A DNA stretch of 64,000 bases from contig CAZGHT010000006.1 of NCBI GenBank assembly GCA_964525535.1, positions 43,544 to 107,543 of the forward strand, read 5' to 3'. The stretch's first letter is position 1. Each line of letters opens with the position of its first letter. Shown here piece after piece: positions 37,849-46,827 of the stretch. Under the pieces are notes generated by a model. That model saw only the letters and a list, made by a program, of their open reading frames with translations. It had not been told where the DNA came from and did not search any database. The translations under genes and the position numbers were made by a program. The stretch is from an uncultured Rhodothermaceae bacterium. Its GTDB lineage: Bacteria > Bacteroidota > Rhodothermia > Rhodothermales > JAHQVL01.

Positions 37849-38091
37849 GATCGTGATAGACCTGAATTCGGCCACTTTACCCGGCTCACCCGAGAAGAGT
37901 TCGAAAGCGGGATGCTGGAAGTGCTGCATGACCGCAACCTCATTTACGGATACATGATCCGGGATATATACAACACGGGTTTGATCCTCGAGCGTAAATT
38001 TAACCTGCTTCGGGTTTCATACCTTATCTTTCTCATCGGACTGGTCGTCAGTATCGCGCTGTATGTGACTTTTCTCCTTGTCATTGGATAG
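37849..38091 (+). pseudogene. C-terminal relic of an HD/DUF5706 (Pycsar-effector-type TM domain) gene
   Basis: The frame is open directly after the glgC stop: ...FGHFTRLTREEFESGMLEVLHDRNLIYGYMIRDIYNTGLILERKFNLLRVSYLIFLIGLVVSIALYVTFLLVIG*. From memory, this matches the family C-terminus FGNF....EE(F/Y)..(A/G)M.E.......LYGSMIKD(L/I)Y.LG.VL..KY.LLR..Y.IFM.G. There is no N-terminal part or plausible start. Confidence 0.55.
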
Positions 38092-39048
38092 ACGTTCCAG
38101 GACGTTTTCGTCTTCAGGATCGGATTCCTTCCGCAGGTATAACGTCCTTCGAGGAAACGGAATCTCGATGTGCCGTCGGTCGAACTCGCGCTTGAGGCGA
38201 TGACGTAGATCTCGTTCAGAGGCCCACTGATTGCCAGGCACGACCATGACGACAATTCGAGCCACCACGGAAGAATCTCCGAACTCGATGATGGCCTGCG
38301 CTTGTGGCCGTTCCTCCATCATAATCTCTGTATTTTCCTCTGCCCAGGCATCCGCTACCTCTTGCATGACAGGGAGAATGGCATCCAGATCCTGCTCGTA
38401 AGCAACTCCTACGTTGACGATAACGCGTACGTAGCCCATGCTCCTGTTGGCGAACGTGCGCAACTCACCTGCCGGAACCATCAACAGTTCGCCGTCAAAC
38501 TTACGGACCTTGATCAGCCGAACGCCGATGTATTCGACGGTCCCTACATCGGGGCCGATGCGCACGAGATCGCCTACACGGATGGTGTCGTCGAAAAGCA
38601 GAAATACCCCGCTGATGACGTCCTGGACCAATGTCTGGGCGCCGAACCCGATCGCGATGCCGGCGATGCCCGCCGTAGCCAGCAGGGCCGACACATCGAG
38701 TTCCAGTTCGCCGAGGATCATGATCAGCGCCAGCGGCCAGATCAGGTAACGAGCCGTTGACCCGAATAGGGTGCCAATCGTAAAAGCACGCTGTCGCCTG
38801 GGGTTGGTTTCTGGCAGCGCTTCAAACCGTTTGTTCCATTCGCGAATAGCCCTGCTGATGACCCGGATCAGGAGCCAGGCCACTAGAAAGATCAACAGGA
38901 TACGCGCTGAACTCGTTAAAATAGCCCCCCCTAGCCCTTCGAGTTCCAGCAGCCATCGAGGGGCTGAGGTTGGGGGAGATGCCGCGGCAGAATCCGCCAG
39001 GGCCAGGCTGTCCTGAATCGCGTGCAAGAAAAATCCGGTCACAACCAT
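38017..39048 (-). CDS. Mechanosensitive ion channel (MscS family)
   Basis: TM helices are followed by VRIGDLVRIG...GTVEYIGVRLIKVRKFDGELLMVPAGEL. The acidic/Lys-rich last ~25 aa are encoded antisense to the relic TM helix. Confidence 0.8.
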   Translation of the reverse strand: MVVTGFFLHAIQDSLALADSAAASPPTSAPRWLLELEGLGGAILTSSARILLIFLVAWLLIRVISRAIREWNKRFEALPETNPRRQRAFTIGTLFGSTARYLIWPLALIMILGELELDVSALLATAGIAGIAIGFGAQTLVQDVISGVFLLFDDTIRVGDLVRIGPDVGTVEYIGVRLIKVRKFDGELLMVPAGELRTFANRSMGYVRVIVNVGVAYEQDLDAILPVMQEVADAWAEENTEIMMEERPQAQAIIEFGDSSVVARIVVMVVPGNQWASERDLRHRLKREFDRRHIEIPFPRRTLYLRKESDPEDENVLERLSNDKEKSHIQRDTDDQSDEKDKV

Positions 39049-40100
39049 TTTTTATGCTTGAAATATGCCAGCAGGCCAACGCCAATGAGGAGCATCAGCA
39101 GAAGTACAGTAGGATATCCATACGGCCACCCCAGTTCCGGCATTCGGCTGAAATTCATGCCGTAGACGCCAGCGATAAAGGTCAATGGGATGAATATAGC
39201 CCCTACGATCGTAAGGAATTGCATCACCTCATTCATCTTCTGGCTGAGACTGGACATATACAAATCGGTCAGGCTGGACAGCAAGTCGCGTAACGTTTCG
39301 GCCATATCGAGGGCCTGAATCGTGTGGTCGTACACGTCGCTCAGGAAGACTTCGGTCTGGCTCTTGATGAGGGCGGATTCGCTGCGCTGGAGGCCGCTCA
39401 CCACCTCACGCAACGGCCAGATCGACTTCCGGAACAGGGTAACTTCTCGCTTCAGGTCGTTGATCAGCACCAGATCCCCCTTGTCCGGCCGGTTTACCAG
39501 CCGCTCTTCGAGTCTGGAAATTTCCTCACCCGTTTGCTCGACGATACTGAAATAGTGGTCTACGATGATGTCTATGAGGGCGTAAGCGAGGTAATCAGTG
39601 CCCATCCGTCGAATCCGCCCCGACCGGGTGCGTATACGATGCCGGATCGGCTCGAATACGTCGCCTTCATGTTCTTGAAATGAAACGACGTACGTCGGCC
39701 CTACAATGAGGCTGACTTGTTCGATCTTCAGGTCGTACTCTTCATCGTAATGAATCATTTTGAGCACGACAAACAGGTACTGCTCGAAGTCTTCCAGCTT
39801 GGGACGCTGGTCCAGGTTGACCACGTCTTCCATGACCAGCGGGTGAAGGTCGACGAGCTCTCCCACGCGTTGAACGATCGAAACGTCGTGTACCCCGTTC
39901 ACATTCAGCCACGATACCGTGCGTTCGTCTCTGAAGTCCGTCCATTCGTCAACTGTTTTGACTACCCGTTCTTCACACGTCTCGTCGTTGTAGTTGAACA
40001 CGGAGAGCGTAGGAGGGGCCGCGATTTGATCCCCCGTGAAGACGACCGAACCAGGAGGGAGTCCCGGTTTTTTGGCTTTCCCTTTAAATAATTCTTTCAT
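39039..40100 (-). CDS. corA: Magnesium/cobalt transporter CorA
   Basis: GVYGMNF signature before the last TM helix. It overlaps the mscS start by 10 nt. Confidence 0.9.
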   Translation of the reverse strand: MKELFKGKAKKPGLPPGSVVFTGDQIAAPPTLSVFNYNDETCEERVVKTVDEWTDFRDERTVSWLNVNGVHDVSIVQRVGELVDLHPLVMEDVVNLDQRPKLEDFEQYLFVVLKMIHYDEEYDLKIEQVSLIVGPTYVVSFQEHEGDVFEPIRHRIRTRSGRIRRMGTDYLAYALIDIIVDHYFSIVEQTGEEISRLEERLVNRPDKGDLVLINDLKREVTLFRKSIWPLREVVSGLQRSESALIKSQTEVFLSDVYDHTIQALDMAETLRDLLSSLTDLYMSSLSQKMNEVMQFLTIVGAIFIPLTFIAGVYGMNFSRMPELGWPYGYPTVLLLMLLIGVGLLAYFKHKKWL

Positions 40101-40214
40101 ACTGTACCGTACCCTATTTTAGGTGAAGTTCAAGAGAACCATCTCGCCTGCTGATTCGCTTCATTGAACGATGGGTTTTATACTATTGGCTCCCACTTAC
40201 ATCCCGGTCAAACC

Positions 40215-41387
40215 ATGATGATTCGTAATTTTTCCCGCTGCCTCTTCACCGGCTTCGTGTTCCTCGCCTGCGCATTGCCAGCGATTGCGCAGGACGAGGT
40301 CTACCCGTCCACGTATCATAACTACCGCGTAGTAACCGTAGCAGACGGCCTGGAGCACCCCTGGGCGATCGCATTTTTGCCGTCCGGAGAGATGCTCATC
40401 ACTGAACGCCCGGGCAGGTTGCGCATCGTGCGCGACGGAGCGCTCCTCGACGAGCCCGTGGCCGGCGTCCCTGATGTGCTTGCAGAAGGACAGGGGGGAT
40501 TGATGGACGTGATGCCCCATCCCGACTTCGCTGCCAACCGCCTGCTTTATCTGACCTATTCCAAACCCTTTGAGGATGAAGAGGGCGCCACAACGGCGAT
40601 CGCGCGGGGAAGGTTCGAAAATGACCAGCTTCTCGATGTAGAAGACATTTTCATAGCCGACTCACGGGGACGCGGCCACTATGGCTCCCGGCTTGCGTTT
40701 GACGAAGAAGGGTATTTGTTCTTCTCAGTGGGTGAGCGCCAGGCGCCTCCCGAAGGAGATCTCGAAGCACATCCGGCTCAGGATCTGTCCAACCACCACG
40801 GTACGATCAATCGAATTCGCGACGACGGAAGCGTGCCGGATGATAATCCGTTCGTCGACCGGGAAAACGCGAAGCCGGAGATCTGGAGTTATGGACATCG
40901 AAATCCGCAGGGCCTCGTTTTTCATCCCGAGACAGGGGATTTATGGTCCAATGAGCACGGACCGCAGGGTGGGGATGAACTCAATCTGATTAACCCCGGG
41001 TTGAATTACGGCTGGCCCGTGATCGGTTACGGTGTAAACTATCGAACGGGATCCGCCATTCACGAGAGTACCCATCGAGACGGGATGGAGCAGCCCGTGC
41101 ATATCTGGGTGCCGTCGATAGGCATCTCCGGCCTGATGATTTACGACGGCGACCAGTTCCCGCAGTGGAAGGGCGATGTGTTTAATGGAGGGCTTTCCGG
41201 TCAGCAACTGGCTCGCCTCGATCTGGATGGGCAAGAGGTGCAAATAGAAGAAACCCTGTATTACGGACAGGGCCGGATCCGGGACGTGCGCCAGGGACCA
41301 GACGGATATATCTATCTCGCCATCGATGACCGGCAGGGAGGGCCAACCCCCGTGGTGCGGTTGGAACCCGCCGAGTCGAGTGAATAG
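40215..41387 (+). CDS. PQQ-dependent sugar (glucose/sorbosone) dehydrogenase, soluble type
   Basis: It has a signal peptide, then HYGSRLAFDEEGYLFFSVGER and SYGHRNPQGLVFHP...EHGPQGGDELN...NYGWP. Confidence 0.8.
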   Translation: MMIRNFSRCLFTGFVFLACALPAIAQDEVYPSTYHNYRVVTVADGLEHPWAIAFLPSGEMLITERPGRLRIVRDGALLDEPVAGVPDVLAEGQGGLMDVMPHPDFAANRLLYLTYSKPFEDEEGATTAIARGRFENDQLLDVEDIFIADSRGRGHYGSRLAFDEEGYLFFSVGERQAPPEGDLEAHPAQDLSNHHGTINRIRDDGSVPDDNPFVDRENAKPEIWSYGHRNPQGLVFHPETGDLWSNEHGPQGGDELNLINPGLNYGWPVIGYGVNYRTGSAIHESTHRDGMEQPVHIWVPSIGISGLMIYDGDQFPQWKGDVFNGGLSGQQLARLDLDGQEVQIEETLYYGQGRIRDVRQGPDGYIYLAIDDRQGGPTPVVRLEPAESSE

Positions 41388-41477
41388 TTGTGAACCCCGG
41401 TGCCCATGCCATTCGCGGGGGCACTCGCCCGGCGCTTTTCTTACGGATTACACCCCTGTAGCTATGATGAGGACTTT

Positions 41478-42530
41478 ATGATGAGGACTTTATTTGCCTT
41501 CTGCGTGTTCGGCATGTTTTCCGTTGCACCAGGCATTGCACAACCTGCCCGGCACCCCGATACGTCGGCGCCGGGATGGAGCGACGTATTCGAAGAGGAC
41601 CTGGCCAACGCAATTAAGCCCGACGGCGTCTGGAGCTTCGAAAACGGGGAGCTGACAGCCGCCGAAGACCAGCACATATGGAGTGCCAGGGTCTACGACA
41701 ACTTCACGATCGATCTCGAGTTCAAAACCGCAGACGGAACGAACAGCGGTGTTATCCTCTACGGCAGTGATATCGTGAACTGGGTTCCCAATTCGGTCGA
41801 AGTGCAAATTGCCGACGATTACAATCAGCAATGGGCAGAGTCGCCGGCAACCTGGCAGTGTGGGGCGATCTTCGGGCATCTGGCGGCGTCTAAACGGATG
41901 GTCAAGCCGCCCGGAGAATGGAATCGATACACCATAACTGCCATTGATCAGCGCATCTCGGTCATCCTCAACGGAGAACGAGTCGTTGAGATGGATATGT
42001 CGAAATGGACGTCAGCCACTACGAATCCGGATGGCACGGAAATTCCGCCCTGGTTGAGTACACCACTGGCCGAATTACCCACATACGGGCACATAGGCCT
42101 CCAGGGAAAACACGCCGGCGCACCGATCTGGTTCAGGAATATTCGTATCCTCGAACATACACACGCGCCTTCCGTGGATTTGCCGCCCCCAATAGCCAGA
42201 GTGTTGCGCGATTACGAAGAGGCCTGGCAAGCTAGAAATGCCAGTGCGCTCGCGGCCCTTTTCTCCGAAGATGGATTTATTCTTCGCCCGGGACACGACC
42301 CCGTCCGTGGGCGTTCTCATATCGAGGCGGCCTACCGGAATGCCGGCGGTCCGCTGTTCCTTAGAGCGCTCGATTATGCAGTCTCCGGGGACGTCGGCTA
42401 TATCATCGGGGTCTATTCGGCCAGTGCGTATAGCCCCGATCGTGGTAAATTCGTGCTGGCGCTTCGCCGAGATCCCTCCGGTCGCTGGATGATCCAGGCG
42501 GATATGGACAATGGAAATCAGGCCAATTGA
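41478..42530 (+). CDS. DUF1080 (3-keto-disaccharide hydrolase-like) domain protein with a C-terminal SnoaL/DUF4440-like domain
   Basis: Signal peptide MMRTLFAFCVFGMFSVAPGIAQ, NFTIDLEFK...GTNSGVILY, GHIGLQGKHAGAPIWFRNIRI, and the tail YEEAWQARNASALAALFSEDG. Confidence 0.7.
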   Translation: MMRTLFAFCVFGMFSVAPGIAQPARHPDTSAPGWSDVFEEDLANAIKPDGVWSFENGELTAAEDQHIWSARVYDNFTIDLEFKTADGTNSGVILYGSDIVNWVPNSVEVQIADDYNQQWAESPATWQCGAIFGHLAASKRMVKPPGEWNRYTITAIDQRISVILNGERVVEMDMSKWTSATTNPDGTEIPPWLSTPLAELPTYGHIGLQGKHAGAPIWFRNIRILEHTHAPSVDLPPPIARVLRDYEEAWQARNASALAALFSEDGFILRPGHDPVRGRSHIEAAYRNAGGPLFLRALDYAVSGDVGYIIGVYSASAYSPDRGKFVLALRRDPSGRWMIQADMDNGNQAN

Positions 42531-43843
42531 TCGAGCCAGTTCGAGAATGCATCGAGCCGGTTCCGCACGTGCTCTACATCCGATCGGCCCGGATATCCCG
42601 CAACCCGGTACGCGGACAACGGCTCTTCGGGCAGGGAGGTGTTCCCTTCCGCCGACTCCTTTGCCGCCTCGCGATAAGCATCCCTGAACGGCACGCCGGC
42701 AAGCACTTTCTCGAGGGCTCTGTGGGTTGCGAATAGTTCTGCGGTCGTGGCCTCTTTCATGGTTTGTGTCGAGAACGAGACCTCCGGAAGCAGCCGGTCC
42801 ATGGCATCCGCGACGTCGCGCGAGAGCAGAAAACTCCGCATGACCGCCTCCTTGGTCAACTGCAGGTCGCGATGATACCCCGAGGGCAGGTTGGCCGGCA
42901 GCGTCAACAGCACATTCATTTCAGCAAGAAGCCGGTGGTAGCTGGCCCTGACCAGTTCGAGCACGTCGGGGTTTTTCTTTTGCGGCATGATGCTGCTGCC
43001 GGTGCAAAAGGCATCCGGCAGCGCTACGAAGCCGAATTCACGAGTGTTGAACAAGATCAGGTCGCTGGCCAGGCGGTTGAGGGTGGCGGCGACCTGTACG
43101 AGTGCGTGCACGGCGTGCAGTTCGAGTTTTCCACGGGACAACTGTACGGCTGTAACGTGTTTTTGGACCGAAGCGAACCCCAGATCGCCGGCGGTCTGCT
43201 CGCGGGGCAGTGCCAGAAACGGGACGCCGTAGCCGGCGGCGCTCCCCAGGGGGGACCGGTCGATTTGCCGGTAGGCCGCCTGCATGGACTCCAGGTCGGC
43301 CAGCAGTAACTCGGCGTATCCCATCGCCCACAGTCCGGCCGTTGAGGGCATGGCGGGTTGGAGGTGAGTGTATCCGGGCATGACGGCGGTATTGTAGCGG
43401 GTGCCTGCCTCGCACAGGTGGCCCGTTATTGCAATTAAAGCGCCGGCGATGTCCCGCATCGAGTCCTTCATGAATAACCGCAAGGCCGTCAGCACCTGGT
43501 CGTTCCGCGAGCGCCCCGTATGGATCTTTCGCCCAACGTCGCCCAGGACCCTGGTGAGATACGTCTCGATTACGGTATGGCAATCTTCGTCCTCGGGCTG
43601 CACCCCGATTTCTCGATTTTCAATCTGGCCGAGCATCTGCTTGAGTGCATCGTAAACGGCCGTCAATTCTTCTTCAGAGAGCAGGTCCATCGAGGCAAGC
43701 CCCTTCGCATGAGCCAGTGTACCTTTGATGTCGTACGGGAGAAGTACTGTGTCCCATCGGTGATCTTCACCTACGGTAAATCGGGTAACCCAGGCTTCTA
43801 CGTCGGAGTCTCGTTTTTTGTCGGTATCTTTCTTCCAGAGCAT
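42518..43843 (-). CDS. argH: Argininosuccinate lyase
   Basis: TGRSRNDQV and GSSIMPQKKNPD signatures. Confidence 0.9.
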   Translation of the reverse strand: MLWKKDTDKKRDSDVEAWVTRFTVGEDHRWDTVLLPYDIKGTLAHAKGLASMDLLSEEELTAVYDALKQMLGQIENREIGVQPEDEDCHTVIETYLTRVLGDVGRKIHTGRSRNDQVLTALRLFMKDSMRDIAGALIAITGHLCEAGTRYNTAVMPGYTHLQPAMPSTAGLWAMGYAELLLADLESMQAAYRQIDRSPLGSAAGYGVPFLALPREQTAGDLGFASVQKHVTAVQLSRGKLELHAVHALVQVAATLNRLASDLILFNTREFGFVALPDAFCTGSSIMPQKKNPDVLELVRASYHRLLAEMNVLLTLPANLPSGYHRDLQLTKEAVMRSFLLSRDVADAMDRLLPEVSFSTQTMKEATTAELFATHRALEKVLAGVPFRDAYREAAKESAEGNTSLPEEPLSAYRVAGYPGRSDVEHVRNRLDAFSNWLDQLA

Positions 43844-43891
43844 GAGGCAGATTAAGCGTTGAAGGCGCCGTGTTAATGACCGGGTAGGACG

Positions 43892-44980
43892 TTATCGGGA
43901 CGTCTCTTCTGCAAAGTACGCCCGGATAATGCCTTTGTATGCTTCGACTCCCTTCCAGAGTTCTTTGATTTCGATGAATTCGTGGGGGGTGTGCGACCGT
44001 TCGCTCGGCCCGGGGCCGATCTTTACGGTAGGGATATCGTGCAAAAATACCCAGTCCGAAGTGGTCGGGGAACCGAAAGGTTCTGTGCCAGGAAGCGCAG
44101 CCAGACAGGCTTTGACGATGGCTTCGCCCGAATCAGTGGAAACCGGTACGAGGCGCGAGCTGTAGATCTCGATGTCCGAGTCCAGAGCATTGGATAAGAG
44201 ATGTGTAATTTCGTCATGCGTGTATGCCGGCGTCGATCGGATATCCAGCGTTATTGTACAGAGGTCGGGAACGACATTTTTCGCTGTACCGCCTTCGATG
44301 ACCGTCGGGGTTATGGTGGGTTTACCGAGGTGGGGATCCGATTTTTCGAATACGAAGTGCTCGATGCGTCGGATGTCTCGGGTTGCAGCATAGATGGCAT
44401 TGTCGCCGAGATGAGCCCGGGCGGCGTGAGCCGTCTGGCCCTTCGCATGCGCGTACAGGATGAGCAACCCTTTTTGCGCGACACAGGGTTGCAGTGAGGT
44501 AGGTTCACCCACGAGGGCGGCGTCGAGGGGAGGGAGCTGAGGGCGGACCTGCTGCAGGCCGTTGTACTCGCCTCCTACTTCTTCGCACGTGGTCAGAGCA
44601 ACGACCACACACCCACGACCGGGCGCCCAGTTATCTTCCTTCAGCTCGATCAGCGCCCTCAGCATGGCCGCACCGCTGGCTTTGGCGTCCACGGCGCCTC
44701 TGCCATAAATACACCCATCAACCTCGGTCGCATCGAAAGGAGGATAGGGATGATCTGAAGAGGGCGGCACTACATCGAGGTGAGAATTGAGGAGCAGGCA
44801 AGGGCTTTCTTTCGAATCACCGAGCGCTACGTACACATTGTCGTCCAGCCGTTGAGGCGCCAGACCATGTCGTTCTATATATTGCGTTACGTGGTCGGCA
44901 ACGGGACCTTCCTGGTGGCTCAGAGAAGGGAAGCGAACGAGGCTTCTGAAAAAGGAAAGGGTTTCTTCCAGGCGGTTCAT
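43892..44980 (-). CDS. argE: M20-family acyl-ornithine deacylase (ArgE-like)
   Basis: LLNSHLDVVP and GRGAVDAKA motifs, located within the arg cluster. Confidence 0.7.
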   Translation of the reverse strand: MNRLEETLSFFRSLVRFPSLSHQEGPVADHVTQYIERHGLAPQRLDDNVYVALGDSKESPCLLLNSHLDVVPPSSDHPYPPFDATEVDGCIYGRGAVDAKASGAAMLRALIELKEDNWAPGRGCVVVALTTCEEVGGEYNGLQQVRPQLPPLDAALVGEPTSLQPCVAQKGLLILYAHAKGQTAHAARAHLGDNAIYAATRDIRRIEHFVFEKSDPHLGKPTITPTVIEGGTAKNVVPDLCTITLDIRSTPAYTHDEITHLLSNALDSDIEIYSSRLVPVSTDSGEAIVKACLAALPGTEPFGSPTTSDWVFLHDIPTVKIGPGPSERSHTPHEFIEIKELWKGVEAYKGIIRAYFAEETSR

Positions 44981-45756
44981 GTGATACGAGTTCCTCCTGG
45001 CTGAGGATAGAGGTCGCCGGGAGAAGCAACGTGCACGGCGGGAATGCCGGCCTCTCTGGCTTCGAAAGCTACCTTGAGTTTAACGATCATGCCGTCGCTG
45101 ATCCACCCCGCTGCGACCCCTTCGTCGTGCAAGGCGCGATCGATGACGGGTAGAATAGAGGTGGAGTCGTCTGAATTTCGCCGCACCCCCCCTGATTCGG
45201 TGACCAGGAAGTACGTACCCGCCCGTAGGGCCGTCGCGATCGACAAAGACACGGTATCTGCGTTCACGTTATACGTTTGCCCCCGTTCATCGATGCCCAG
45301 CGGGGCGAGAATCGGAATATGCCCGGTGTCGATCAAAAGTTGGAGGAGGTCGGTTTTGATATGGAGTACATCACCAACCCATCCGAAGTCGATCACCTGA
45401 TTGTCGATCGTCCATGGGGGGCGTTTACGTACCTGGAGTATACCGCCGTCGATGCCGCTGAGGCCGACCCCATTCAAGCCGTGTGAGGCTGCCTGGGCGA
45501 CCAGCCGCGTATTCAATTCGCCGCATACCGTCCAGTGCATGATCGAAAGATCCAGATCCGTAGTAATCCGGCGCCCCTGGACTATCGCAGGTTCGTGCCC
45601 GAGCTTGCGTGCCATCTCAGTCAGCTGGGGGCCGCCGCCGTGAACGAGGACGACCGGTTGCCGCCGGTGCAGGTGCTCGACGGCATTCCAGAGGGCCTCC
45701 ATAGGGTGATCCTTTGTGAGGAGTGCTCCGCCGATTTTTATGACAGCTGGGCTCAT
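44977..45756 (-). CDS. argB: Acetylglutamate kinase
   Basis: VIKIGGALL and VLVHGGGPQ motifs. There is a 4-nt overlap with the downstream gene. Confidence 0.9.
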   Translation of the reverse strand: MSPAVIKIGGALLTKDHPMEALWNAVEHLHRRQPVVLVHGGGPQLTEMARKLGHEPAIVQGRRITTDLDLSIMHWTVCGELNTRLVAQAASHGLNGVGLSGIDGGILQVRKRPPWTIDNQVIDFGWVGDVLHIKTDLLQLLIDTGHIPILAPLGIDERGQTYNVNADTVSLSIATALRAGTYFLVTESGGVRRNSDDSTSILPVIDRALHDEGVAAGWISDGMIVKLKVAFEAREAGIPAVHVASPGDLYPQPGGTRIT

Positions 45757-45783
45757 AGCAGTATCTGGTGAATAAAGACGGCC

Positions 45784-46794
45784 TTACCCGAGATGCCACA
45801 GATATTCGAGAATGGCCTTCTGGGCGTGCAGCCTGAATTCCGCCTGGTCGAGATGGATGGCCGAGTCGCTGTCCAGGACCGTGTCGTCGACGACGACGTT
45901 GCGGCGGACCGGGAGGCAATGCATGAATACGCCGTTGTTGGTTTTCTTCATTCTTTCTGGCGTAATACGCCAGTTTTTATGGCGCTCGCGAATCTGTTGT
46001 TCTTTTTCGGAACTCTCGTACACAGCCGGCCCACTCCATGCTTTGGCGTACACCACATCGGCGTTTTGAAGCCCTTCGTCGAGATCGTTGGTGTACGTAA
46101 AGGCGGTTCCATGCGATTCAGCATACGAGGAGGCCAGGGTTGTGATGGCTGCATCCAGTTTGTACGGTTCCGGGCAGGCGAGCGTCACGTTCATGCCGAG
46201 CCTCGAAGCCGCGAGCAAAGCGGAGTTAGGGACCGCCATGGGCAGGGCGCGAGGGTGGTAACACCACGCGAGCGTAAACTTTTTCTTTTCCGGTTTGCCT
46301 TCGAAATGCCGGGTTATTGTGGCTGCGTCGCCGAGCGCCTGGCAGGGGTGATAAAAGGCGGATTCCAGATTAACGACGGGCACAGAAGCCGCGTCGACGA
46401 ACGTTCGCAGTAGAGTCTCGTTTCGATCTGCTTCTTCGTCCGTCAGGGAAGCGAACACGCGAACGCCGAGTGCATCGTAATACCGTGACAGGACACCGAC
46501 GGCTTCCTGAATATGTTCTGCCTCGGATCCATCCATGATGGAACCCTTCGACCAGGCAAATCCCCAGGTTCCCTGTCCGATAGTGATCGTACTTGCAAAC
46601 GCCCCCAGTTGCTTCGCAGCCAGCTCCATGGAAGTCCGTGTTCTCAGCGAAGGGTTAAAAAAGAGCAGGCCAATGCTCTTGTTCTCGGCTCGCGCACTCC
46701 ACCGGTTTTCTGCTCTGGCATGCCAGAGGGATCGGTCGATCAGTTCGAGCCAGACTGCGTCTTCGTAAAATTGCCAGTCTATAAGATGATGCAT
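45784..46794 (-). CDS. argF': Acyl-ornithine carbamoyltransferase, ArgF-prime type (N-acetyl- or N-succinyl-ornithine)
   Basis: FFNPSLRTRTSMELAA, HPCQAL and FMHCLPVRRN motifs. By eye it is close to my recollection of the Bacteroides fragilis ArgF-prime sequence. Confidence 0.8.
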   Translation of the reverse strand: MHHLIDWQFYEDAVWLELIDRSLWHARAENRWSARAENKSIGLLFFNPSLRTRTSMELAAKQLGAFASTITIGQGTWGFAWSKGSIMDGSEAEHIQEAVGVLSRYYDALGVRVFASLTDEEADRNETLLRTFVDAASVPVVNLESAFYHPCQALGDAATITRHFEGKPEKKKFTLAWCYHPRALPMAVPNSALLAASRLGMNVTLACPEPYKLDAAITTLASSYAESHGTAFTYTNDLDEGLQNADVVYAKAWSGPAVYESSEKEQQIRERHKNWRITPERMKKTNNGVFMHCLPVRRNVVVDDTVLDSDSAIHLDQAEFRLHAQKAILEYLWHLG

Positions 46795-46827
46795 GGCCGA
46801 TTCGGATCATGATGGGTTCTGCCCGGG

